Source of the DNA: Candidatus Bathyarchaeota archaeon
Lineage (GTDB): Archaea > Thermoproteota > Bathyarchaeia > 40CM-2-53-6 > RBG-13-38-9
Reading direction: 5' to 3'
Assembly: GCA_018396915.1 (NCBI GenBank)
Contig: JAGTRD010000003.1
Span: forward strand, 173-64,172
Length of the DNA stretch: 64,000 nt
The notes under the pieces were generated by a model that had not been told where the DNA came from, ran no database searches, and was given only the letters and a program-made list of their open reading frames with translations. How positions within the stretch are numbered: the first letter of the stretch is position 1; each line of letters begins with the position of its first letter. The position numbers were made by a program, and so were the translations under genes. Positions 19,603 to 28,773 of the stretch are shown piece by piece.

Positions 19603-20349
19603 TCAAACATACATTGCAGGCAGCTCCTGCTCTTGGGTTTTAGACATTCTCTGCAATGATCTAGCGGTCCTCTGCATCAGCTCCCTCGTCTTCACCCTTA
19701 TCTCTTCAGCCTCCTCGAGCAGCTGGCCAACATCAACCTTCAAACCTAATAGACTGTTCAGGGCGTTTACTGCTGAGGCTGCAGCTCCAGGATCTGGATA
19801 CTGGTAATGTGACTGGGCGAGTAGAACTATGTTGGTCAAGCCTTTCGTTAAACATTCTCTCAATATGAGGGCGTGGGGGCCCACCATGAAGCCCTCCTCG
19901 AGCATAGATATTCCCGCAGACTTGAGCATATCTAGACCCCTCTTTGAAGTTGATATTCCGAAGACTTGGGGGGTCTCCAACTCAAGTCTGTTCTGGGTTG
20001 CAACCCCACTCACCGAGAATAAAATGTCAACCTTCTTGGATATCGCCCATCTGACCAAGCTTCTCGATAGGGGTGCTATCGCAGCTATGTTTACAGGAGT
20101 TTCAGAAGTCAATGCAACCAACTTCTCATCCCCGAATATTCTTATAGGAACCTTCGGGTTGCCTTGATGGATGACCATGACAGGCGGTAATATGTCTGAT
20201 TCTACGTGGCCTATCTCAGGTAGATTCATAGACCTGATTATGTGGCTTACGGCTATCATCCCCGTCAGGCCGGTGTCGGGCATACCCACAATAAGATACT
20301 TTATGGAAGATAGAGGTTTAACCTCAATTATCTGCATTTCTTCAGACAT
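19603..20349 (-). CDS. PAC2-family proteasome assembly chaperone-like protein
   Basis: 248 aa. The N-terminal YLIVGMPDTGLTGMIAV pattern and the size are typical of archaeal PAC2/COG1938 proteins. Confidence 0.7.
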   Translation of the reverse strand: MSEEMQIIEVKPLSSIKYLIVGMPDTGLTGMIAVSHIIRSMNLPEIGHVESDILPPVMVIHQGNPKVPIRIFGDEKLVALTSETPVNIAAIAPLSRSLVRWAISKKVDILFSVSGVATQNRLELETPQVFGISTSKRGLDMLKSAGISMLEEGFMVGPHALILRECLTKGLTNIVLLAQSHYQYPDPGAAASAVNALNSLLGLKVDVGQLLEEAEEIRVKTRELMQRTARSLQRMSKTQEQELPAMYV

Positions 20350-20528
20350 TTTTCCTAAACCTTCATAGAGATACTGTAAGCGTATTGATTAAGTTTTCCA
20401 GCTTTTTGAAGATCTAACATCTTCCCCTCTTGAAATGGTTGGTTTTAAATGTGCATATAGCCAGTTTAGAATTATGAATAAAGTTTTTAGGCTGAAGAAT
20501 ATGGTGCGATAGCGTGTGATATCTAAAC

Positions 20529-21458
20529 ATGTCTTCATTAGAGGTTTCTGTCAAGAGACTGAAGACTGTTCTTGTTTTAAGTATTATAGTCAACATCGCT
20601 TTGGCATTTATCTTCTTCTCTAATATTGGAATTAGTGGTGTCTCTGAGAGTGGATACAATGAACTTTTGGTTCAGAATCAAAATTTGACTAGAACAATCA
20701 ACTCCCTAAGGCAGGAGTTAACCATATTGCAGAGTCAACTATCATTCTACAAGAGTCAGGCTGAGTATTACTCCAGGCTGTTAATGGCCAATAGAACCGT
20801 CGGTGGAGGGGTTGTTGGAAAGTCTGAGGTGAACCTGGTTGCGGTCAAGGAGGCATCAAGGTCTTTTGGAGAATTCAGGTATGAGGGGGTTGTTATGGCG
20901 GCTCACCTTGAGTTGAGGGAAGGTGAGGGGCGACTCCTCATAAACACTAAACCTAAGATTGGAATAGATCTTCAGACCAGTGCGAACACAGCCATCTTGG
21001 TTGCGGAGAATATTACAGGAGTATCCCTCAGAATGACTGACATAATATTGACAGTCACCGCTGATAAGGAGACTGATATTGTGGATGGCCCAAGTGCTGG
21101 AGCGGCTCTCACAGTTGCTTTGATTTCGGCTGTGAAGAATCAAACCCTAGACTCTAAAGTCTACATGACGGGGACCATAAACCCTGACGGAACTATAGGT
21201 AAGGTTGGAGGTGTCCTGGAGAAGGCTATTGCAGCAGCCAGATTTGGGGCTAAGAGGTTTCTAGTCCCACCCGGCCAGAGTGTCGCCGTCACTTATAGGG
21301 TTGAGGAGACGCATCCGGCACCCGGATTCACAATAATAACAACGAAGCCTGAGATTGTGAGTGTCAACGAATATTTACGTAGGATGGGCTACGATGTTGA
21401 GGTTATTGAGGTGTATAGAGTAGATAGGGCCTACAGCCTCGCGCTCTCAGAGGGTTGA
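20529..21458 (+). CDS. membrane-anchored Lon-type (S16) serine protease domain protein, no AAA+ module
   Basis: 309 aa. N-terminal TM helix, a coiled-coil stretch, then a Lon proteolytic domain with Ser (VDGPSAGAAL) and Lys (GKVGGVLEKAIAAA) contexts. Confidence 0.75.
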   Translation: MSSLEVSVKRLKTVLVLSIIVNIALAFIFFSNIGISGVSESGYNELLVQNQNLTRTINSLRQELTILQSQLSFYKSQAEYYSRLLMANRTVGGGVVGKSEVNLVAVKEASRSFGEFRYEGVVMAAHLELREGEGRLLINTKPKIGIDLQTSANTAILVAENITGVSLRMTDIILTVTADKETDIVDGPSAGAALTVALISAVKNQTLDSKVYMTGTINPDGTIGKVGGVLEKAIAAARFGAKRFLVPPGQSVAVTYRVEETHPAPGFTIITTKPEIVSVNEYLRRMGYDVEVIEVYRVDRAYSLALSEG

Positions 21459-21473
21459 CGACCTAGTTTTACC

Positions 21474-22322
21474 TTAGACTTTTCGTATCTTAAGTATTGT
21501 TCCAATATAGATCAGAGACACCAACATACCTGCAACTGCGCTTGGGGATGTGTTCCATAAGAGTGAGGAGACTAGACCTGCGAACTGCGTCGTCAAGGCT
21601 ATGGTGAAGGCCCATAATGAGACTGATGTAACTGTCTTACCCCACTCACCAGCCGCAGCAGCCGGTGCAACCATGATCGCATAAACTAGTATTGCGCCGA
21701 CAGCCTTTGTTGCAACAGCGATGGCAAGAGATGAGACAGTTACCAGGAGGTAATGGTATAGTCTAGCATCGAGGCCGTGAGCAGATAAACCCTCCATGTC
21801 GAATGATAGGTAGGTGAATTCTTTGAGGAAGATGATTGTAAGAATAGTTATAGTCGAAGAGGCTAGAGAGAGGAGGATGAGGTCGCTGACCGTCAAAAGG
21901 TAAATGTCTCCGATGAGGTAGCCCCAGATTTGGGGTGTAGATTCAGCTGGTATGTAATACATGAAGAATACAGCTATGCTCATGGCCATTGCGAATGTAA
22001 CACCCACAGCAACCTCCATCCTGCTTGTAACACCCCTCTCACCGGCGTATCCTGTAACCACAGCCACAATCAGGCTGAATAGTATAGCCCCATAGGTAGG
22101 GTTCAAGAAAGGGACGAGACCTGAATATTGAAGGTAGATGGCGAGAGCTGCACCGCCTAGTGCGGCGTGGGCCACAGCTGATGGCATGAATGACAGGCCA
22201 CGTAGAACAGTGAACGTTCCTGATGTGGCAGATATCATAGATGTTAGAGCCAATGCTATGAGGGCTCTCTGCAGGAATGGATGTGTAAAGATCATGGTTA
22301 GAGGATCAGGCATGGATGTCAC
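21474..22322 (-). CDS. metal ABC transporter permease (ZnuB/TroC/MntB family)
   Basis: 282 aa, about 8 hydrophobic helices, overlaps the upstream ATPase gene. Confidence 0.88.
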   Translation of the reverse strand: MTSMPDPLTMIFTHPFLQRALIALALTSMISATSGTFTVLRGLSFMPSAVAHAALGGAALAIYLQYSGLVPFLNPTYGAILFSLIVAVVTGYAGERGVTSRMEVAVGVTFAMAMSIAVFFMYYIPAESTPQIWGYLIGDIYLLTVSDLILLSLASSTITILTIIFLKEFTYLSFDMEGLSAHGLDARLYHYLLVTVSSLAIAVATKAVGAILVYAIMVAPAAAAGEWGKTVTSVSLWAFTIALTTQFAGLVSSLLWNTSPSAVAGMLVSLIYIGTILKIRKV

Positions 22323-23091
22323 CTATTACAGCGTATATGTGGCCTTCATGGGTGATGAGTCTAACATTCGGACCATAAACTTTTGAGAGTATATCCAGCC
22401 TCATCAGGTTGCAAGGCTCCCCATACCCGTATAGTCTCCTATTGAGTAGGATGGCGTTGTCTATGTACGGGTGGCAAGGATTCAAATCATGAGTGACCAT
22501 CAAAATATCGACGTCACTATTCTCTCTCAAATCCTTGAGAAGGTCCAATATCACATATTGGCTCTCAACATCGGCGCCTGAGAGAGGCTCATCTAGAAGC
22601 ATCAGCCTAGCCTCTGAAGCCAGCGCTCTAGCAACTAGAACCCTCTGCTGCTGACCTCCAGAAAGTTCTGGGAAAGGCCTATCCCAACAGTCTTCTAAGC
22701 CTAAAAGACGCAAGGACTTTTTAGCGGCATCAAGATCCCTTCGACTTGCTATTCTAGGCACAGCCTTCTTAGCCAACCTACCCATCAAAACAACATCTTT
22801 GACCTTGATTGGAATGTTGTAGTCTATTGACTTCCTCTGCGGTATGTAGGCTGCAAGCCTCCTGATCTGGAATGATTGACTTGAAGGATCTATGCCCATC
22901 ACCTTTACGGAGCCTTTAGTCGGCTTGACTAGGCCAAGTATCGTTCTGAGGAGTGTTGTCTTGCCTGAACCGTTCGGCCCAATCACCGCTGTGAATGTTG
23001 GATGTTCCAGAGTGAAGCTTACATCCTCAAGAGCAACTGTTCCCGTCGAATATTTCACGTAAAGATTCTTAACGTCTACTATTGTTTCCAT
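22306..23091 (-). CDS. metal ABC transporter ATP-binding protein (ZnuC/TroB family)
   Basis: Walker A GPNGSGKTT, signature LSGGQQQR, Walker B LMLLDEP. Confidence 0.92.
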   Translation of the reverse strand: METIVDVKNLYVKYSTGTVALEDVSFTLEHPTFTAVIGPNGSGKTTLLRTILGLVKPTKGSVKVMGIDPSSQSFQIRRLAAYIPQRKSIDYNIPIKVKDVVLMGRLAKKAVPRIASRRDLDAAKKSLRLLGLEDCWDRPFPELSGGQQQRVLVARALASEARLMLLDEPLSGADVESQYVILDLLKDLRENSDVDILMVTHDLNPCHPYIDNAILLNRRLYGYGEPCNLMRLDILSKVYGPNVRLITHEGHIYAVIGDIHA

Positions 23092-24110
23092 CCTCTAATC
23101 CTCACTATAAGAGCCGCCTCAGCCAGGGCCAATGATGCCAAGATAGCTAAGGCAATCGGGTACAGCAATTGTGTGGATTGAACATCGCTTTTTGTTTTCA
23201 CCATGATGTTTGAAGCTACGCCGGCGTTGAACATCATCAACGTCGAATAATCGAATCCCCTGAAAGTCATGACCCTGAAGTATATTATGGGTGTATCTGT
23301 ATCCTTTGCCAGTTGCTCAGCAAACTCTCCAATCTTCATCTGACTAGACAATTCTGAGGAGACTATAAGGCTTACTTCCCTACTCCTCAGCTTCTCCTCA
23401 AGGTTGGCGAGTTCCCCACCGCTTATGAATATGTTCTCGCCGCGGCTGAGAATTCCGAAAACATTCATCCCTAAGGTCTCCGCCAAGTAAACTTCTGATG
23501 GATGGGTCACCACAACCTTGAGTCTACCTGATCCTTCACCGCTATTTAATAGTTTGATATAGTTCTTGACTTTACTGATATTCTCTTGGAAGACTTCGAG
23601 ATTCTTCTGGTATTTCTGGGCGTTTACTGGATCGATTTTCGCAAGGGTTGAGGCTGCAGCTTTGGCTATTGCTTGGGCGTTGTCTGGTTTCAGCCAGTAA
23701 CCGTGGAGGTTATATCCACCAGAATGTTCTTCATGCTCGTTTGTTGGCATCCTTGAGAGGTTGAGGCCGAAGTCTATGAACTCTCTGAGGCCCACAGAAG
23801 GTTTACCCGTAGCTTTAATCAGCTGCTCTTCGAAGGGGAAGTGGCCTGTTTGCACTATCAGATCTGCGAGGGTTGCTTTGGCCAGTATCTCAGGTGTAAC
23901 TTGAAATGTGTGTGGTTCAACCCCTTCAGGTAGAAGCGTCTGGACCGAGACTTCTTCTCCACCAATAGCTTCGACGATGCTTGCAAGAGGCTCTATTGTA
24001 ACTGCCACTTTGACATCGTGGGCTTCAACCCCTTCTATAAGAATTATTGGTGTGAACGCCAGCAGGATTATGGCGACTCTCAGAATTATCATTTTATTGT
24101 TTTCCACCAT
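23079..24110 (-). CDS. metal ABC substrate-binding protein (TroA/ZnuA cluster A-I) with N- and C-terminal hydrophobic anchors
   Basis: 343 aa. N-terminal TM/signal segment, a central SBP fold with a His-rich loop (NEHEEHSGGYNLHGY), and a C-terminal helix LLYPIALAILASLALAEAALIV. Confidence 0.85.
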   Translation of the reverse strand: MVENNKMIILRVAIILLAFTPIILIEGVEAHDVKVAVTIEPLASIVEAIGGEEVSVQTLLPEGVEPHTFQVTPEILAKATLADLIVQTGHFPFEEQLIKATGKPSVGLREFIDFGLNLSRMPTNEHEEHSGGYNLHGYWLKPDNAQAIAKAAASTLAKIDPVNAQKYQKNLEVFQENISKVKNYIKLLNSGEGSGRLKVVVTHPSEVYLAETLGMNVFGILSRGENIFISGGELANLEEKLRSREVSLIVSSELSSQMKIGEFAEQLAKDTDTPIIYFRVMTFRGFDYSTLMMFNAGVASNIMVKTKSDVQSTQLLYPIALAILASLALAEAALIVRIRGWKQ

Positions 24111-24160
24111 TGTTCGTTCTTGGAATAGACACGACTTATTTATTAATATTGAGGTTCTGA

Positions 24161-24201
24161 GTTAATAACTTTTATATATTTTGATTAACAGACTTATTAA
24201 C
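24161..24201. promoter_or_regulatory. inverted repeat GTTAATAA-N25-TTATTAAC spanning a TATA-like box; candidate NikR-type operator
   Basis: The 8-nt arms at 24161-24168 and 24194-24201 are exact reverse complements. TTTATATATT lies between them, in the divergent nikR-like/ABC intergenic region. The region is AT-rich, so a chance match is possible. Confidence 0.3.
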
Positions 24202-24210
24202 TGAATCAAA

Positions 24211-24594
24211 ATGGCAATAATAAGCATATCAATAAATGAGAAGATGCTGGAGGAGATAGATAAGGCTCAGAAGGACCTTGGATTCTCAGGAAGGTCAGAG
24301 GCTATTAGGGCTGGCATAAGAATGTTGCTTGAAGATGCGAAGGAGAAAGATCTCTTGTCCGGCAGGGTTAGGGGCGTGCTTCTACTCACACATGAACATG
24401 AGGTTGAAGACTTTGTGACGAAGGTCAAACATAACTATCTGGATATAATATATACGCAAATCCATAATAGGTTCAAGGAAAATAGATGTTTGGAGTTATT
24501 CATTCTGGATGGAGAGGCTGAGAGGATTAGGGAGTTAACAAAGGAATTCCAGAGGAACGAGGCCATAGATCATGTCAAACTCATTTTAACATAG
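24211..24594 (+). CDS. nikR: NikR-like ribbon-helix-helix metal-responsive regulator
   Basis: 127 aa. RHH N-domain (ISISINEKMLEEIDKAQKDLGFSGRSEAIRAGIRML) plus a C-domain with a His cluster (LLTHEHEVEDF...KH). Confidence 0.8.
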   Translation: MAIISISINEKMLEEIDKAQKDLGFSGRSEAIRAGIRMLLEDAKEKDLLSGRVRGVLLLTHEHEVEDFVTKVKHNYLDIIYTQIHNRFKENRCLELFILDGEAERIRELTKEFQRNEAIDHVKLILT

Positions 24595-24747
24595 GGACAA
24601 TCTTTGAAATAGGAGACATATGAACATAGGTGAACTATAATGATTATGAAAGTTTAATATGTGGATGAGGGGGGACCTCCTCCCGACCGCCTATGGTTGT
24701 CAGCTATTCTTGGGAGGAGGTTCTGAACTTATTTTTGCGTACACTGT

Positions 24748-25446
24748 TTAGGTGGGTGTCGCCGCAATACATGGTAGAGGTCCTTTCAATACGTTGTACT
24801 CCGTCTCCGCATCTTGTCTTCCAGCCCACTTATGCTCATTGAGTTTCATGATTTTTGGCTTGATGAGCCCCTTCTGCTTTAATGTCGTCTTGATCTTTCT
24901 GACAGCTTGGAATATTTGCTCTTCACTTCTTGCCCCTGCACAGACCATCTTGCCACTGGTGAATAGGAGGAGGGTTACTTTTGGTTCTTTCATTATGTGG
25001 ATCAGACCGGGGAAATTCTCGGGTTCATATATTGTCCTCTCTAGCGTCATCGCTGAATCTTCAAGGTCTACTTTTTCCTTAAGGTCTGCACATGCGACCA
25101 TGTTCTCTATCTCGATCTTCGGCTCCTTCAAGATGACTACGCCTGTAGATTTAAGTTCCTTAATCGCTGTCATGATCGATTTCTTAGCCTGCCTTACTGA
25201 TCTTGTTCCCATAGATATTATCTTTCCCGAGTTGAATATGAGTATGAAACTCTTAGGGTTCTTAAGGTTCAAGTATAGTCCAGGAAATCTTTGTGGATTG
25301 TATCTTGAACCTGGAATGGTCTTATATATGAGGTCAAGGTCGAGAGGTTGCTCAAGTATCCCTGAGGCTACAACATTCTCTATCTCAACTTCACATTCTG
25401 TGATCTCACTCTTCAGGTCTTGGTTGATTATTTGATCTAAGGCCAT
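24748..25446 (-). CDS. tbp: TATA-box binding protein, unusually long (232 aa)
   Basis: Two TBP repeats: ENVVASGIL...FPGLYLNLKNPKSFILIFNSGKIISMG and ENMVACADL...FPGLIHIMKEPKVTLLLFTSGKMVCAG. Then a ~40-residue non-acidic tail. Confidence 0.9.
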   Translation of the reverse strand: MALDQIINQDLKSEITECEVEIENVVASGILEQPLDLDLIYKTIPGSRYNPQRFPGLYLNLKNPKSFILIFNSGKIISMGTRSVRQAKKSIMTAIKELKSTGVVILKEPKIEIENMVACADLKEKVDLEDSAMTLERTIYEPENFPGLIHIMKEPKVTLLLFTSGKMVCAGARSEEQIFQAVRKIKTTLKQKGLIKPKIMKLNEHKWAGRQDAETEYNVLKGPLPCIAATPT

Positions 25447-25467
25447 AAAGGTTCGTTCCCTCCAGTC

Positions 25468-25620
25468 TCATGTTGTGGTGGCTCTCACAAATCTAGATAG
25501 GTTGGTCATGCATGTAGGGCATGTGGCTTTTAGGATCCTTCTCCCATTTACTGTGCCTTCACTTATTTTATCCACATCAACTGTCACTTTTCTCTTACAC
25601 TTGAAACAGAACATTTCCAT
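25468..25620 (-). CDS. 50-aa zinc-ribbon protein (DUF5679-like), not in ORF track
   Basis: My translation: MEMFCFKCKRKVTVDVDKISEGTVNGRRILKATCPTCMTNLSRFVRATTT, with a CxxC...CxxC pair. It ends 21 nt upstream of the tbp start on the same strand. Confidence 0.6.
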   Translation of the reverse strand: MEMFCFKCKRKVTVDVDKISEGTVNGRRILKATCPTCMTNLSRFVRATTT

Positions 25621-25790
25621 ATTGTATCATCACTCCTCAGGCTTTGGGCTCTATTGGCCCAGGTTGTTATATGGTGGAGAAGAATAAAAGTGTTTCTGTG
25701 TAACACAAAAACACAAAAACTCATTTATATAACTCTAAGAAAAATTATATAAAAATCACTTTGCAATCGAAAATAGATTTTTAGAGTGGG

Positions 25791-26831
25791 TCAGCCAAGT
25801 CTGATAACTACCTTAATAGATTCATAATGATCAGGATTAGCCGCCACCGTAAAAGCCCTCTCAGCCTCATCCATACCGAATTCATGGGTTATAACCGGTT
25901 TCACAGAACCGTCAGCTAAACTCTTCAAAGCGAGCCTCACAGAATCCAGTGGACCCAGCCTGGCATTCTTTATAGTCAAACCTTTATCAATCATCTCCCT
26001 AAATGGATGCTCTATAATAAGACTCTCACCGTAAATGCTCACAATAACCACTGTGCCCATTCTTCTGGAGGCCTCGATAACCCTATTGAATGCAGGCGCG
26101 TAACCTGTGCATTCAAAGGCTACATCCACACCGGCGCCTTCAGTCTCCTCCTTTATCAGAGTCACAGGATCTTCTTTTCGAGGATTGAATGTTCTGTATG
26201 CCCCAAGCCTCTCAGCCATCCTCAACCTATAATCTGCAATATCCACAACGAATATTCGATTTGAGCCCATAACCTTGGCATACTGCATCACATACAAGCC
26301 TATAGGTCCAGCACCCCATACCAGCACCGTATTCCCACCGTCAACCTGACCCAGATACTTAACAGCATTCACAGCAACACTCAAAGGTTCTGTCTGAGAG
26401 GCCACCTTCGCATTCAAACCTTCAGGAACATTGAAGAGTAGACTGGTGGGGAAAGCCAGCCTCTGGGAGAAGGCGCCTTGAACCTCAAACCCTACTCTTT
26501 TCCTATTGTAGCACTGGTCTTCACGGCCTACAGTGCAGCTTGGACATGGAGGATATATAGCCTGGCCGTGGCAGCCCAGAGTGCATCCGGCGCTGACAAG
26601 CCTACCGTCATAGATCCCTGACCATTCATGACCCAAAACAACTGGATTATCAGGCGAAGGATCGATACCAGGATATTTCTTCCCGTGGAACCCACATATT
26701 GCTATGTCTGAGCCACATATGCTTCCATATAGTGGTTCAACGATTTCTTCGTGAGCAGCCGCTTTCGGCTCAGATATCTCCCCCACAACTATAGTCTCTG
26801 GGCCTTTACATATTATAGCCTTCAATCGCAC
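25791..26831 (-). CDS. zinc-dependent medium-chain alcohol/polyol dehydrogenase
   Basis: 346 aa. Motifs: GSICGSDIAI, VLGHEWSG, a structural-Zn Cys cluster (CPSCTVGREDQC), and Rossmann VWGAGPIGL. Confidence 0.88.
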   Translation of the reverse strand: MRLKAIICKGPETIVVGEISEPKAAAHEEIVEPLYGSICGSDIAICGFHGKKYPGIDPSPDNPVVLGHEWSGIYDGRLVSAGCTLGCHGQAIYPPCPSCTVGREDQCYNRKRVGFEVQGAFSQRLAFPTSLLFNVPEGLNAKVASQTEPLSVAVNAVKYLGQVDGGNTVLVWGAGPIGLYVMQYAKVMGSNRIFVVDIADYRLRMAERLGAYRTFNPRKEDPVTLIKEETEGAGVDVAFECTGYAPAFNRVIEASRRMGTVVIVSIYGESLIIEHPFREMIDKGLTIKNARLGPLDSVRLALKSLADGSVKPVITHEFGMDEAERAFTVAANPDHYESIKVVIRLG

Positions 26832-26941
26832 ACTACCCTTTTTGAAGCAAGAATAGGCTGAGTCAGCATATATTTTTATTCCACGCCTTATGTCCTTGCA
26901 AATTGAACCTTAGATTATATCAGCTGAGATGTGAATCAAAT

Positions 26942-28102
26942 ATGAATATTCATATAGTAAACACTTTCTATCCACCTTGGAGGGGTGGCGCCGAGACATA
27001 CACTAGAAATCTCGCTGTGAACCTTCAAATGATGGGACATAGAGTCTCAGTCACAGCTGCCCATCCTCCCCTGAAGCCCGGAGATTATGTGCAGGAAGGT
27101 GTGGCGGTGAGAAGGTTAAGGTCGATCGGGATGTTCTATGGAGTTCCAATAGTTCCTGAACTTCCTAGACACTTGATGGGGGTCGAAACTGATATCATCC
27201 ACGTAAATTTTCCAAACCCATACACAGCCTCTTCGGGAGCATTCATGTCAAAACTCAGGAAGATGCCTGCAGTCTTGACTTGGCATAACGATCTTCCGCC
27301 AGTAACCAAGCTAGCTGGGATACTTGTTAAGATGCATGACAACATGTTTTCAAGCCATTACCTGAACATTTACGATGCCATCATAACAACTTCCAACGTT
27401 TATTTTGAAGGTTCGAAGATCTTGAAGAAGTATTGGAGGAAGGTTAGGGTTGTTGAGAATGGTGTCGACTGTGAAAGGTTCAAGCCTGGAGTTGAAGTTG
27501 GAGACTTGAAGATGCGCCTCGGTCTCACAAAGTCTAAGGTAGCTCTATTTGTGGGAGCCTTAACTAAGTGGCATAGGTATAAGGGTCTAGAAGATCTTTT
27601 GGCTGCTCTTAAGATCCTGAATAGGGAGGATGTGAAATTGATTGTTGTGGGTGATGGAGATCTTAGATCTGAATATCAAAATATGTCTGAGCGGCTAGGA
27701 TTATCTGGCAGAGTACTTTTTGTTGGGAATTTACCTGATAACGTCCTACCGAGATACTACGCAGCCTCAGATTTCCTTGTTCTACCCAGCAGGGACAGGT
27801 CTGAAGGTTTCGGTCTTACAATCCTTGAGGCTAATGCCTCTGGAATACCTGCGGTAGCCTCAAATATTGGCGGGATACCTGGAATATTGACTGATAGAGT
27901 TAATGGTTTGCTCGTTCAGCCGAGAGACCCTCAAGCGTTGGCTGACGCTTTACAGGTTATCGTTGAGGATGATGATTTAAGGGTCAGGATGGGTTTGATG
28001 GGTAGGAAGATAGCGCTATCACATGACTGGAGCAGGGTTGCCTTTGAAACCTTTAAGGTTTACTGTGAAGTCCTCCAAAATAGAAGTTTAATGAAATCTT
28101 AA
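26942..28102 (+). CDS. GT4-family glycosyltransferase
   Basis: C-terminal EGFGLTILEANASGIPAVAS motif. ATG 26942 (MNIHIVNTFYPPW) is preferred to the upstream start in the track. Confidence 0.88.
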   Translation: MNIHIVNTFYPPWRGGAETYTRNLAVNLQMMGHRVSVTAAHPPLKPGDYVQEGVAVRRLRSIGMFYGVPIVPELPRHLMGVETDIIHVNFPNPYTASSGAFMSKLRKMPAVLTWHNDLPPVTKLAGILVKMHDNMFSSHYLNIYDAIITTSNVYFEGSKILKKYWRKVRVVENGVDCERFKPGVEVGDLKMRLGLTKSKVALFVGALTKWHRYKGLEDLLAALKILNREDVKLIVVGDGDLRSEYQNMSERLGLSGRVLFVGNLPDNVLPRYYAASDFLVLPSRDRSEGFGLTILEANASGIPAVASNIGGIPGILTDRVNGLLVQPRDPQALADALQVIVEDDDLRVRMGLMGRKIALSHDWSRVAFETFKVYCEVLQNRSLMKS

Positions 28103-28125
28103 GGGCTCAAATTCTAAGGTGAAAG

Positions 28126-28632
28126 CTAAGCTTCACCTATAAGTATGACAGCCAATACTCCCAAAGCTATTCCAAGCCCAACTCTGATGCTAAAGCTCTC
28201 TTTGAAGATTATGTGGCTTACCAGAGCTGTGCCCACAACCAGGAGGGCTGTCAGAAGTGCTGTGAGCCTTCCAACACCTGTGACTGATAGGGGTATGCCT
28301 ATTAGGAATCTGGATATGAAGAGCATAACCAACCCTGCAAGGATGGCTGGTGTATATAGGTATTGCATGGCGAAAGAATATTTGCGGAGCATGTAACCAC
28401 TATACGCAACCATGCCAAGGCCCAAGATGAAAATGGCGAAGTATAAAACTGAGTTGCCATTGAAGTTGACTTCAACCAGCCTCTTGAAGGTTATCTGGCC
28501 TAAACTGTCTGTCCCCCACTTATATAGAATATATCCAAGAACACCTGTCAATGTTATCACTGTTATAGATAGTATGAATGTCTCTCTCGGCATCATGAAA
28601 CTTCCCTTAGAGACTGCATACATAAAATCCAA
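28126..28632 (-). CDS. small EamA/ArnE-like DMT membrane protein
   Basis: 168 aa, about 5 helices, located between a glycosyltransferase and a flippase. The family call is tentative. Confidence 0.5.
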   Translation of the reverse strand: MDFMYAVSKGSFMMPRETFILSITVITLTGVLGYILYKWGTDSLGQITFKRLVEVNFNGNSVLYFAIFILGLGMVAYSGYMLRKYSFAMQYLYTPAILAGLVMLFISRFLIGIPLSVTGVGRLTALLTALLVVGTALVSHIIFKESFSIRVGLGIALGVLAVILIGEA

Positions 28633-28773
28633 TACTTAATCCTTCTGAATTTAGTCTTTCATCATTATCCAGTCGATTCCAAGATAAATCTCAGCAGGTT
28701 CTTATCCGACACAGTTAAAGGGTTGCCACTTCAAGAAATGGCCGTTCAAAGTTTGAATTGATGGTGGCAACAA

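Noticed and set aside
24752-25435. 227-aa plus-strand ORF
   Set aside because: It is the exact antisense shadow of the TBP gene, whose two TBP repeats are unambiguous.
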